From Azolla caroliniana (taxonomy: Eukaryota; Plantae; Polypodiophyta), in contig JBHGNT010000006.1 of NCBI GenBank assembly GCA_043228905.1, positions 11,780,001 to 11,844,000 of the forward strand: a stretch of 64,000 nt of DNA. The letters run 5' to 3'. Made by a program: the position numbers and the translations under genes. The notes under the pieces were generated by a model. The model saw only the letters and a program-made list of their open reading frames with translations, was not told the origin of the DNA and made no database searches. Shown one piece after another: positions 52,601 through 64,000 of the stretch (position 1 is its first letter; each line of letters starts with the position of its first letter).

Positions 52601-52854
52601 ATGCATAGGTGGAGACCCGAATTCCGGGTCCTAGAGAAATGGTTATTCACAATAAGGGTGGAGAGAATCCATATCAAGCCACCGATGGAGCTGAGGAGTG
52701 TGAGGGGCAAGCTTTTGGTCTTGATGGGGCGGTATTCTCGGTGATAGAAAAGGATGAGGGCAGCAGATAACATTAGGAAGCCGGCGGCAGAGATGATGGA
52801 GACAGTGATGTAGTCGAGGGTGGAGGTGGGTTTGGGAAAGTCAAGTTGTGACAT
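49637..52854 (-). CDS. Spliced host gene: 7TM protein homologous to the plant RGS1 7TM domain, coiled-coil tail, no RGS domain (~340-360 aa)
   Basis: Phase-consistent GT-AG exons 52854-52400, 52073-51912, 50630-50388, 50159-~50002; last exons 49772-49746 and 49674-49637 are tentative. Motifs DYITVSI, CILWTYW..CFGF, LYRIFV, YTFLPPLLLP, QFNEYR match AtRGS1 (from memory) DYVAVAI, CYLWAVW..PLGF, LYFIFV, YIFLPLVLLP, RFDELR. Confidence 0.8.
52351..52390. repeat. (GAT)n microsatellite in the first coding intron
   Basis: Seen directly. Confidence 0.9.
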
Positions 52855-54037
52855 TCTTCAGTCGTTCTGATCTTCTACTCCTCCCTCCCACTACAAACTG
52901 CAGAGATGGAGGGAAGGGGGGGGGCGGGGGGGGGGGCAACAGAGTATGTATGTATCTCAAGACGATGAAGAAGAGGAGAAGATGAGAGGGGGCGATGTTG
53001 TTTGCTTTCTGATAACTGCTCGCGGACAAGACACAGAGACACAGAGAGAGACAGAGATGAGAGACAGACAGACAGTTGGAGTAGATCTCCTTACTCTCTC
53101 TCTGAACTCATTCATTGATGCGTTGATTGATCCACATGGAAAAGGAAAGGAGAAGGAAGGGAGGGGCAGAGCTTCTTCTTTCTCCCTACCCCACCATCAC
53201 CATCACCATCGCCATCGCCATCATTTGTGCATGCCTCCTCCTCCTCCTCCTCCTCCTCCTCCATCATTGAATGAATGGAGTACATACATACATATATACA
53301 TACATACTATGTACATATGTATGCTCGTGTCTATTCTGCATCAAATCATAAAGAGGGCTGGCTAGGGAATCGCGGCCACAGTCGCTCAGAGGAAGGCGTG
53401 TGCGATCTGCACCGTCAAATTTCGATAAGGAAGAACGCGCGGAAAAAAACCTGTCAGAGGTCGCCCAACTCTGACCGTTGTAGGTCACCCATCCCTGACC
53501 TCAGGTCGCCCAACCAAATGTATCATTTCGACCAAAATCTTCAAATAAGCTTCATTATTACCCTTAAAACTTACAATAACCTATATAACAGTCACAAAAT
53601 CCAACCTTAAATTATTCAAAATCGACGATCTTCACCATACTTAACATAAAACAAATAATCATCTTAAAACATAAAAGTTTAAAGTTAAAAAACATAAAAC
53701 TTAAAACAGAGATCAACTTATAACATACTTGAAACATGAATCAAAATATGACATACTTGAACCATAAATCTACATATGACATATTTGAAACATAAAACTT
53801 AAAACATAAATCAACATATGACATACTTGAAAAATAAATCAACATATGACATCCTTTGAACGTAAATCCACTTTAAACATCGTAAACCCAAATCAACATG
53901 TGACATACTTGAAACAAGAAACTGAAAACATAAATCAACATATGACATACTCCCAAATGTACTCATAAATCAACATAAATCCACTTTAAACATTGTAAAC
54001 CCAAATGCACTAGTCCACAAAACCACTCAAGCTATGT

Positions 54038-55553
54038 TTATGGCTCATCCGGAGATGATGGCAAGATACGGCCACAATTCTTGCAACAATCAACGTTTGA
54101 GTCCCTTGATCTAAAGGTCAAGGCATCGCAATGCAAGCATCGAATCTTCTTTGTTGCACATATTGGCAACCGCCTCCTAGCTCGACTTGCGCCTCTTTGC
54201 ATTTTTTCAGTGTGTGCCTTGGAAGTGTTTGGGGAGCTGCCAATAAGATATTGTGAAATGTTGATTGATGCTCCCCTTTTTGCACCAATTGCTTGCTTAC
54301 GCCTTACGGATCCACAGTCTTCTTCATTGGTTGGTTTCGGTGCACCTATGTGATACACCACCGTCTGACTTATTTCTTCAATGGACTCCATACATGCCAA
54401 AATTGTTGCACGGTTGAGGGATCGTAACCCTTGCCTAAGACATTGAATAGCCCCCTTAGCAGTTTGTAATTTCAACTCCCATTCCTCCATTTGTGATGTT
54501 ATAGGGTTTGTCTCCTCGACTGGTTCTACCTCTGTCTCCACTTCCATCTTTGTGAAATGGTCATTGCGCATATGGGTTGCATGATCTATAAAAGGCAACG
54601 ACCCACATAGATGTGGCATGTGCCTCTCAATAATCATCTTGATGCCGAGTATATGCTTACATTTACTCGTAGGGTCTTGGCAATCACAATATGAACATTG
54701 GAGCGATACATTATACCATACATTCAGTTTTGTCAAGCTCAATCTTTTAAACCAATATCGGGGCTCGTCCACAATATGCATTGTCGCATCATTAGTTTCA
54801 TACCTCTCTAGTAGCCTCTCGGCCTCTTTAAGTCTTGTTGTTTGATCCCTACAATTTGCACGTGGTGCAAATCTACCACTCTCACATATTTCTTGTCGTT
54901 GCTTGTATCGTTCAATAACAATACCTCCAATGCAAGTGTCAATTTGACTGTCCCCGATTAAAACATGCACAAGATCAGTAATTGATCAGTTTATCCTCCC
55001 TCTTAAGGCAGTATATTTGATAAACTACCAATGTCTCTCCACAAGATTGGTAGTGTCAACATGTCCATAGTTGAACATTCTACCAAATTTGGGCCATAGT
55101 TTCCTCCACACACATGTCAAGCCACAGCATCCTCCTTCTATATATTGCCAAACACTTGGCTTGTTTGCATATTCTACCTTTAACTCCTCACATTAGGCAT
55201 TGAATGTGGATTCTGTAATGCATTGCATGAGTTGGCACATCCGATTATAAAGATGGTTTCTCTCAATTGCACTTACCTTTGGCAACAAGTTGTCCAACCA
55301 TGCTTTTTTTGCGTGGAAGTGACACAACAAAAGTCGACAATGTGTTTGCGACCTTTGCCCATTTGTAACTATCCAAGATAATTGGTCTGTTGCAACCACA
55401 TTACTTATGGTGTCCAACTTTTATCGATGACTATGGCATTTGGCCTCACATTGGGCATCCGTGAGAATATGATTCTCAAGCAAGTTTCTAAAGCTACTTG
55501 CTCATGGTTAGACCCCTTATCAAAACTACGAAAGCTACTTGCTCATGGTTATA
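54038..55553 (-). pseudogene. MULE transposase 3' part with SWIM zinc finger
   Basis: IVIDK...LLCHFH..KAW core, DTTNLVE, CDCQD...CKHI SWIM motif, C-terminal CxxC...CxxC; stops and shifts. Confidence 0.88.
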
Positions 55554-58500
55554 TGTTGAGAGACAAGCTCAACATCGGCCGGATCGGCTGAAGAAGCCGA
55601 GGACCGGATCGGTTGGGACCGATCGGTTAGGCCGAGTGCGTAAACCGGGAGGTCGTTAGGAAAGATATTCCGTGAGGAATATATTTGGGAGTTAGTGTAG
55701 GAGCTCTTAATGAGCATTGAAGTACTGTCAGTACTTCGGTCAGTCCTTCTAGGGCTTGTATAAAAGTGTTTACTGAGCACGTCTTATGTACAGACTGAGC
55801 ACTATTATTGAATATAGTATTTTTTGTGTTTCTCTCTCAGTCTCTCCTGTGTATACCGTGTAAGCTCAAGCTCTCCATTAAACCTGAGTTTCCTCTCTTC
55901 TGTTCGGTCTTCATACTTGCTTCCGCACGTTTCTTTCTACATGGTATCAGAGCGCGAGGGTTGAGAACCTCTCTGCAGCCGACATAGCTTGACGAAGAAG
56001 AACGAGAAGAACGATGGATAGAGGCATGGCGAGCTCGCTTCCAACAGAGAAGCTCGACAGAACCAACTACGCGTCTTGGTCCTACAAGATGCACCAGTAC
56101 CTGCTCGGGCACGGCTACTGGAGTTATGTCGAAGGAGCTAATGACGTGGCACCCGAATCGACACACAGAGACTTCCCGTCGTGGGAGCAATCGGCGAGCA
56201 GGGTACTATACTGCTTCGCGTCGTGTGTGGGCGAACAGCTATTGAGCTATGTTCGGGATGCAAAGACGCCGAAGGGTGCGTGGGAAAATCTGAAGAAGAT
56301 TTTCGCCGCGAGCACCACAACAAGGAAGCTTCAGCTCCGACAGGAGTTGAGCAACCTACGACAACGCGACTTGTCGGTGGCGGACTATACCTCGAAGATC
56401 AAGGATATCTACGACTCCCTCGCTTCCATAGAGGTGAACATCGAGGAGAGCGAGATGGTCCAGATTTGTCTCGGAGGTTTGGCGTCGAAGTTCGGAGCAT
56501 TCCGAACGGCTGTGTGTACCCGAGAGAATACGCCGTCCTTTTTTGACTTACAGTCAATGCTCCTGGTAGAGGAGAACCACGCGGGTGCGTCTACAAGCAC
56601 GCACACCGACAGCAGAATGTTGTACACGGAGGGAGATAGGCCCCGTGGTCGTGGCGGATGAGGCGAGTCGGTACGCAATGGAAGCGGCCGACGAGATCAA
56701 GGAAGAAGGCACCGAAGTGATGCCGACAGCAACTCAGGACCCTCCGGAAACAGGGGGAGTCAAAGCGATGAGAACCGGCAAGGGAAGTCCATCGCGGAGT
56801 GCTGGTACTGTGGCAAGAAAGGCCACAAGGAAAGTGAGTGCTGGAAGAAGCGCGCCGATTCGGAGAGAAATGGCTCCAGAAATACCGACAAGGGAAATCG
56901 GCAGCAATCGCACTACGCCGAAGACTCCGGGAGAGCCGGAGAAGGGTCTTCCTTCTTGTCGAGACACGAAGCAAACCCAATGAAACAGAGCACCCCGAGA
57001 TCGGACGAGGTGTGGTACGTAGACTCCGGCGCGTCAAACCACATGACGAGCCATAAGGAGTGGTTCTCGTACCTTGAAAAATCGATACAACCGGGAGTAG
57101 TCGCAACAGGAGACGACACTCCGCATCCGATCGCGAATGTCGGAGAAGTTCCCCTTAGCCATGTCGGGCAGAAAGGGAAACTCATGAACATGCTGCACGT
57201 TCCGACAATCACGAAGAACTTGGTCTCGGTCGGACAGATCGTCGACCAAGGGATGGAGGTTCAGTTTACACACCTCGGGTGCTTCATTGAGGAAGAAGGC
57301 CATGTGATTGCGCAAGGGCGCAGAGACGGGAGGATGTTCATCCTCGACTCCACTGACGGCGGCACCGCAATGTTCGCGAAGGGACAAAAATCTGAGTCGG
57401 ACATCGACTTGTGGCACAAGTGGATAGGCCACGTCAATCACCAACGGCTTCAAGATCTGCAATCGAAACAGGTAGTGTTCGGATTGCCCAAATTTAGTGG
57501 CCGAAAGGCACAAATTTGTGAAGCCTGCCAGCTCGGGAAGCAACACCGACTTCCCTTCCCCAACGAGCGAAACCGGAGCCGGAACAAGCTCGACCTTATA
57601 CACTCCGATGTATGGGGGCCGGCACAAAATGTTAGTCTTGGCGGGAGCCGATATTTCGTCTCCTTCATCGACGACCACACGCGGCACACGTGGATCTACC
57701 TCATTGAGAGGAAGAGCGAAGTCTTCGACTGTTTCCATGACCTCAAAGGGTTCGTGGAAACGGAAACAGGACGGAAGATCAAGTGCCTGCGGTCGGATGG
57801 CGGAAAAGAGTACTTTTCCGGTCAATTCAACGGTTATCTACAACAAATGGGAATTCACCGCGAATTCAGTTGTAGATACACGCCAGAGCAGAACGGCGTG
57901 GCCGAGAGGAAGAATCGGTCAGTTGCGGAAGCGGCACGGGCAATGCTGGAGGAGAAAAGCTTGCCCAAGTTCTACTGGGCCGAGGCGGTAAGGACCGCGG
58001 TATACATCCAGAACCGGATCGGAGACAAAGTGTCAGCGCACGAGCTATATTTCGGAACGAAACCGAACTTGCGACACTTGAGGGTGTTCGGTAGCATTGC
58101 GTATGTGCATGTACCGAAGGAGAAAAGGAGGAAGCTGGACGCAAAGGCTGAGAAGTGCATCTTGGTCGGTTACTCAGATGAGCAGAAGGGTTATAAGTGT
58201 TATAACCCTCGCACCAAACAAGCGTGTGTTAGCCGCGACGTTGTGGTTGACGAGTCCGCGTCCTGGTACAAGCCCCCGACTCCGAACCCCGAGTCCAATC
58301 CGTGTTTTGACGATGAGGTCAGCGAGGCCGAGATGCCTCCGGATGAGCCCGAAATCGAGACCCCCGAAGAGAGTCTGATTTCACTTCGCTTAAGTGGACC
58401 GATTGGACGACTGAGTCGGTACAATCAGTCCGATGAAGAGCCGGCGAGTAGTGGAGACTCGGCCGTGCATTCCCCGCGTAGGAAGCCGAGGAGACGGCTT

Positions 58501-61204
58501 ACGCGCAAAAAGAAAGGGAAGAAGAAGGTGTCGGATTCTGGCACAGATAAGAACGAGTCAGACTGACGCGAGTCCGACTCCGAGGGAACCGGTGACGGGT
58601 CTTTAAAGGTGAAGGCTGCGTCGACTGAGAAGGCCACGACATCGGCTAATGTGAGATTACGCCGATCTACCCGCCAGAAGAACCCTGTTTTGCGGTTCGG
58701 ATACAACGAGTACATGGCGCATCATTATGCGTACATGACCCATGTAGCGGAAGTGCATGAGCCGGAGAGCTACGCAGAAGCGGCGAAGGACGCGAATTGG
58801 CGCGCCGCGATGGAGGAAGAGATGCACGCATTGGCAGAGAACGAGACCTGGGACCTGGTTGCCGCATCGGAGGGTGTGAAGCCGATCGGGTGTAGATGGG
58901 TGTACAAAGTCAAGTACAACACCGATGGCTCGGTCAACCGGTACAAGGCTCGGCTAGTGGCAAAGGGCTACGCGCAGAAACACGGCATCGACTACGATGA
59001 GACGTTTGCGCCGGTCGCGAAAATGACGACCGTCCGTGTTTTGCTCGCGGTAGCCGCGGCCAAGGGGTGGCACCTACATCAGATGGATGTAAAGAATGCA
59101 TTCCTGCAAGGTGACCTTGAGGAATTGGTGTACATGGTACAACCCCCCGGATTTCACTCTGGAATGAACTCCTCGGCAATATGCCGACTGAAGAAGTCCC
59201 TTTACGAACTGAAGCAAGCTCCGCGTGCTTGGAACGCGAAGATCACGCAACAACTGCGTTGGTTGGGCTTCGTCACGTCAAAATCAGACTCTTCCCTATT
59301 CATCCGGAAAGGTCGACTCGGACCGGTTAGTATTTTACTATATGTTGATGACTTGGTCATCATCGGCGCCGACCTAGGTGAAATCGACCGCGTGAAGCTC
59401 CAGCTTGCAGCATCGTTCGACATGAAGGATTTGGGGGACCTTCATTACTTCCTCGGGATCGAAGTGATCCGTACCCCCGAAGGCATATTGATCAGCCAAC
59501 GTCATTACGTGCTGAGTATGCTCTTCAAACTCGGGATGGCCGACTGTAAGTCTGTCTCGACTCCTTTGGATAGAACCGTGAAGCTTCGTCCCGATACGGG
59601 AAAGGTATGCGACCCGACGAGGTTCTGACAAATTGTCGGTAGCCTCATATACTTGACCATCACCCGACCCGACCTTAGTTATCCGGTCGGAGTGATCAGT
59701 CAGTTCATGGCGCGACCTACTGAGGAGCACCTTCAGTGTGCGCAATGCATACTTCGGTATGTCAATGGCACTAAGGACCGGGGACTGCTATATCGGACCG
59801 GTGCAGCCGCGCAGTTAGTCGGCTACACCAATGCTGATTGGGCTGCCAATGCCGCCGATCGCCGATCCACGTCTGGATACGCGTTCTCCCTCGGGAGTGC
59901 CGCGATAGCGTGGAGCAGTAAGAAGCAGCCGACAGTTGCACTGTCGAGCACCGAAGCCGAGTACCGAGGAGCGGCTGTCGCGACATGTGAAGCCATATGG
60001 TTGAAGCGGCTACTTAAGGACCTGCGAGAGGAGGTGTCCGATCCAACGACGATCTACTGTGACAACCTCAGCAACATCCAACTCGCGAAGAACCCCGTCT
60101 TCCACGCACGGACCAAGCACATTGAGGTGCACTACCATTTCGTCCGTGAGCGTGTCCTTTCCGGTGAAGTCGAACTTCAGTACGTTCCGACGGATCGGCA
60201 GACTGCCGACATCTTCACCAAGCCTCTTGGTCTGGACAAGTTGCGGCAATTCTCAGGTGCGCTCGGTTTGCGTCACCTTGACGTGCCGAACTTGAGGGGG
60301 AGAACAGTCCCGAACGACCAAGCAAGGCAGCAGGAAAGGAGCGGACACCGCGACACCGAGTCGGTTGTTGAGTTCAAGTTCGGATCGGCTGAAGAAGCCG
60401 AGGGCGGACCCACGGAAAAGTCCGGAAGCAGACAGAAGGGGAGCAACCGAAGGAGAGAGCCGAAGCCAACAACGCATGGGGAAGATGACGCCATAGAAGG
60501 CGAGAAGCCCGAAGACGAGTTGGAGACAGCCAACTCGGATGAGAGCGAAGACCGATCGGAGGTAGCCGAGTCGGTTCGGATGTTTGATTCAGACACGTTG
60601 AATCAACCGAGGCCCAAGCAGAAGAAAAGGCAGCATAAGAAGTGTCGACACCGCAACAGCAGAAGAGCTGATAAGGGCCGCATGAGCAGACGAGCCGACC
60701 GGAGGGGTCGAAGCGCGCGGAGTCGAACAGGTCGAGGAGCGCGAGCGAGGCGAGAAGCCAGGAGGAACCGGCGCTATGAAGATCCCGAAGAGCCTCAAGT
60801 TGAGCTTGAGGGGGAGTGTTGAGAGACAAGCTCAACATCGGCCGGATCGGCTGAAGAAGTCGAGGACCGGATCGGTTGGGACCGATCGGTTAGGCCGAGT
60901 GCGTAAACCGGGAGGTCGTTAGGAAAGATATTCCGTGAGCAATATATTTGGGAGTTAGTGTAGGAGCTCTTAATGAGCATTGAAGTACTGTCAGTACTTC
61001 GGTCAGTCCTTCTAGGACTTGTATAAAAGTGTTTACTGAGCACGTCTTATGTACAGACTGAGCACTATTATTGAATATAGTATTTTTTGTGTTTCTCTCT
61101 CAGTCTCTCCTGTGTATACCGTGTAAGCTCAAGCTCTCCATTAAACCTGAGTTTCCTCTCTTCTGTTCGGTCTTCATACTTGCTTCCGCACGTTTCTTTC
61201 TACA
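55554..61204 (+). mobile_element. Full-length Ty1/copia element A2
   Basis: TSD TTATA (55549-55553, 61205-61209); 388-bp LTRs 55554-55941 and 60817-61204, three differences by eye; PBS 55942-55953; PPT 60802-60816. Confidence 0.97.
56014..60822 (+). pseudogene. A2 gag-pol, one frame with three in-frame TGA stops
   Basis: CWYCGKKGH, WYVDSGAS, IHSD...RSDGG, YVDDL, RNase H; stops at 56659, 58564 and 59626. Confidence 0.93.
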
Positions 61205-61936
61205 TTATACCTAGTCACATGTGCACCCCTTGTGGCCCCTATACGGAAGCATGTGTGATACCTCAATTGAACATCTATGAGCGTATCATCAACCCTATGG
61301 GCCTCTACCTTGATCAGTTCTATGGGTCTAGACTTTTTATATTTCACGACACTTGTCCCCTCCATGTCAGATGGAGTTAACCTCGACACAACTTGACAAC
61401 CACATCGGTCAATCACTACTTTCACATACGCATTAGGGATCCCATGGTCACGAAGGTCATTGGACCAAAGTCTCTTTAACTTTGTCAGAGTACCTGTCAA
61501 AGAACGGTGCGATGCGCCACAATGTGATGCCAGTACTATCTCCCTTCTCTACGTGCATAATCTGAAGATGACGCAATGCCTTAAGGTGTATTGCATTCTC
61601 ATTTCTAAGCGTGAGACAACTCTTCATGCGCCTCCGTGCATGTAAATTAAGAGGTGCACCCCTTGCGAGTGTGCTTAATATTTCAAATGTTACCTTAACA
61701 AGACCCAATAAATCTTTAAGCATTAAATCGTATGTACCTCTAGTGAACGCAAAATACCTCGCCGAATAGTACATGAAGGGATCAACCTCCTCCGCCTCTT
61801 CTTCGGATGAGGATGACTCATAGTCTTTGGATGCAGACGAATCCAAGTCTTTGTCGATGGTTGCAGAGTATGGTGATGCATAACCATCCTCAAAATCATA
61901 CAAGGATGTGATGAAATCTATTTCATTTGGATTCAT
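61205..61936 (-). pseudogene. Probable 5' part of the MULE transposase
   Basis: Continues the MULE across A2 (TSD TTATA); acidic N-terminus and a Cys/His-containing segment. Confidence 0.6.
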
Positions 61937-63089
61937 CTCGACAACTTGGTTTTCTTGTAGTGATTAATCAGAGGTAATTTAAGACGGAGAATGTGATTAA
62001 GTGAATTTGATTAAGACAGAGATTATGATTAAGATAGAGACTGTGATTATAAGAATCTGATTAAGGTAGAGAATGTAATTAATTGAACCTAATTAATGAA
62101 CCTAATTAAGATAGAGAATGTGATTATACGAACGTGATTAAGACTGAGAATGTGATTATAAGAACTTGATTAAGATAGAGAATGTGATTAATTAAACCAA
62201 ATTAAGACAGAGAATGTGATTAATTGAATCTGATGTTAAAAGGTAATTAATTGGAGATGGAATTAGCTTTGATTAAAATGACGGTGAAGGGTTTAATGAG
62301 ACTTAAAATGTGATTAATTTACATGTTAATATGACCGTTTTTTTGGCCATTTAGGTAACAGGTTGGGCGACCTGGCTTATGGTTGGGTGACCATATTAAA
62401 AGAGGTTGGGTGACCTAGATTATGAGGTTTGGGCAACCTGGTTGGGTGACCATATTAACATAGAATTAATTTTAAGAGGTTTGGGCAACCTGGTTTATTA
62501 TCGTTGATGTTTTTTACAAGGGTTGGGAGATAGATTGGTTTAAAACAGCTTTTTCGAATCAGCTTTTTCGAAGAGATTAGTTTAAAACCGCAAGTCAATT
62601 GGTTTACATTTGAGATTGGTTTAAAACAACAAACCAACTTGAGATAAACAACTTGAGATTGGTTAAAACAACAAATCAATTGGAGATCACAACTTGAGAT
62701 TGGTTTAAAACAGCAAATCAACTTGTGATTGGTTTAAAACAACAAATCAACTTGAGATAAACACTTGTTGTAAACAATATTTCCATTAATAAGTAATCGC
62801 GATATACAATGAGTCGATTCTCGCTATACAAAATTTGTGTGGATTCCAAAATATAGTTACAACATCAACTCTATAGCAAAATCTGTGCCGAAAACAACAT
62901 TCACAAAATTTACAATATGGGGCCACCGGTCGCAGGTGCAAATCCTAGTACCCTTCGTGCTAACTTGTCCACATGAATCCGAAGTGAAACCACTTCGCAT
63001 TTGGTGAACCACATCTCTGTGCCCTGTCACCAAATATGTATAAGAACACATCTATACACAATCCACATGAATAAGGCATTGCAATTACA

Positions 63090-63660
63090 CTTACAAAAGT
63101 TAGAGATATCCATCCTTGTAAGAACTCCCCCACCAACATTCGGATAGTCTTCATCACGTAAAAGCCACAATCCCAACAATTTGGCTGAGTTGGGATGTGC
63201 AATACGTGATGTCGACCCTCGTGAACAATGGTGTGGTCTGACGGTTCAGATGAAATGGTTCGAATCGCCAACTCTACCATTCTCCGCACGTTGTTAGTCG
63301 TTGCGTTGTTCAATGGATCGCAGAAGACTACTTTGTTGGTAAGCTTAGAAACTTTCTATCGCATCTTCGTCCACAACACCCAATGCTTGTCAAACACGAT
63401 CGGAATGAACATAAAATCACATTCAGTCACCTTCCTAAGGATGGCTTGCCCCTTCATCGTCTGCTGGTGTAGCGGCACCCACAGTGGGTCGACGATGGTG
63501 AAGCATTCTGTCACCTCGCGTGGCAACGAGTGCTCCATAAACAACATGAATAAGGTCATAGTCCACATCGAATGCCATTTCACGACACTTACACATGGTC
63601 TCAAGATCTGACTTGGTAACGTCAAGGGCCATATCGAGATGTTGGCAAGTTAGCTGGTAC
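63090..63660 (-). pseudogene. Ulp1/C48 cysteine protease-like gene
   Basis: FIPIVFDKHW (His), VFCDPL (Asp), QPNCWDCGFYVMK (Gln/Cys); one internal stop; upstream exons probably extend past 64000. Confidence 0.85.
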
Positions 63661-64000
63661 CTGAATGCATAGAAATATGTAGTTTGAGTAGGTATATCAC
63701 ACCCAATGTCAGTTAGTAGGATAGTAATTTATATTTCACATTAAACCTACTTGGAAAAGTGTGTATTTGGTGTTTCGATCCACAACCTTATGTCCTTGTC
63801 GTGCTGAATTTGAACTGTGGCCACATCCAATGCAATGTCATCTGAATATGATGTTAGGGAATCAACATAAGTGTTTGACTCCACAACAAACCCTAATCCC
63901 TCAACTATTCCTACCACATGTACAAAAAACAGAAAAAGTGATGTAATAGGGTTTAGTACATACTTGGGAATAGTGATGGAGGAGTTTGATTGCCGCATAT

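Larger units (their letters stand above)
53455..64000 (-). mobile_element. Mutator-like (MULE) region: transposase plus Ulp1-like gene; ends not defined
   Basis: GGTCGCCCAACC-type motifs at 53458-53516 and inverted at 62361-62492; AT-rich arrays at 53640-54010, 61980-62230 and 62530-62770. Confidence 0.7.

Noticed and set aside
52276-53488. ORFs with poly-D, M, H or P tracts
   Set aside because: Translations of microsatellites in the intron, 5' UTR and promoter of the 7TM gene.
55490-55551. 21-bp duplication AAAGCTACTTGCTCATGGTTA beside the A2 LTR, as a long TSD
   Set aside because: Both copies are on the same side and A2 has a normal TTATA TSD; likely a local repair scar.

Overview
Eukaryotic, plant-type genomic DNA, probably from a seed-free plant (inferred from the retroelement types; not proven). 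About 85% is nested transposable elements. 1-45.7 kb is a nest built on a decayed Athila/Tat-like Ty3/gypsy element (G1). G1 is interrupted by a Copia (A1), by a hAT transposon (6464-21650, 8-bp TSD) holding two young Tnt1/Tork-like Copia copies nested antiparallel (B1/B2), and by a tRNA-Trp-primed gypsy (C, 21674-35849). C holds a deleted gypsy (D) and a one-ended Copia (B3). Next come a chromovirus fragment, two further Copia remnants with two solo LTRs, and a gypsy gag/LTR. One intact host gene (minus strand, ~49.6-52.9 kb) encodes a 7TM protein homologous to the 7TM half of plant RGS1, but with a coiled-coil tail instead of an RGS box. 53.4-64 kb is a Mutator-like region (SWIM transposase plus Ulp1-like protease) split by a full-length Copia (A2). 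The most unusual signals are a 48-nt reverse-transcribed tRNA-Arg copy fused directly to an integrase core in D, the RGS-less 7TM gene, the antiparallel B1/B2 nest, and a Copia flanked by a 195-bp duplication. All calls were made by eye without database searches.
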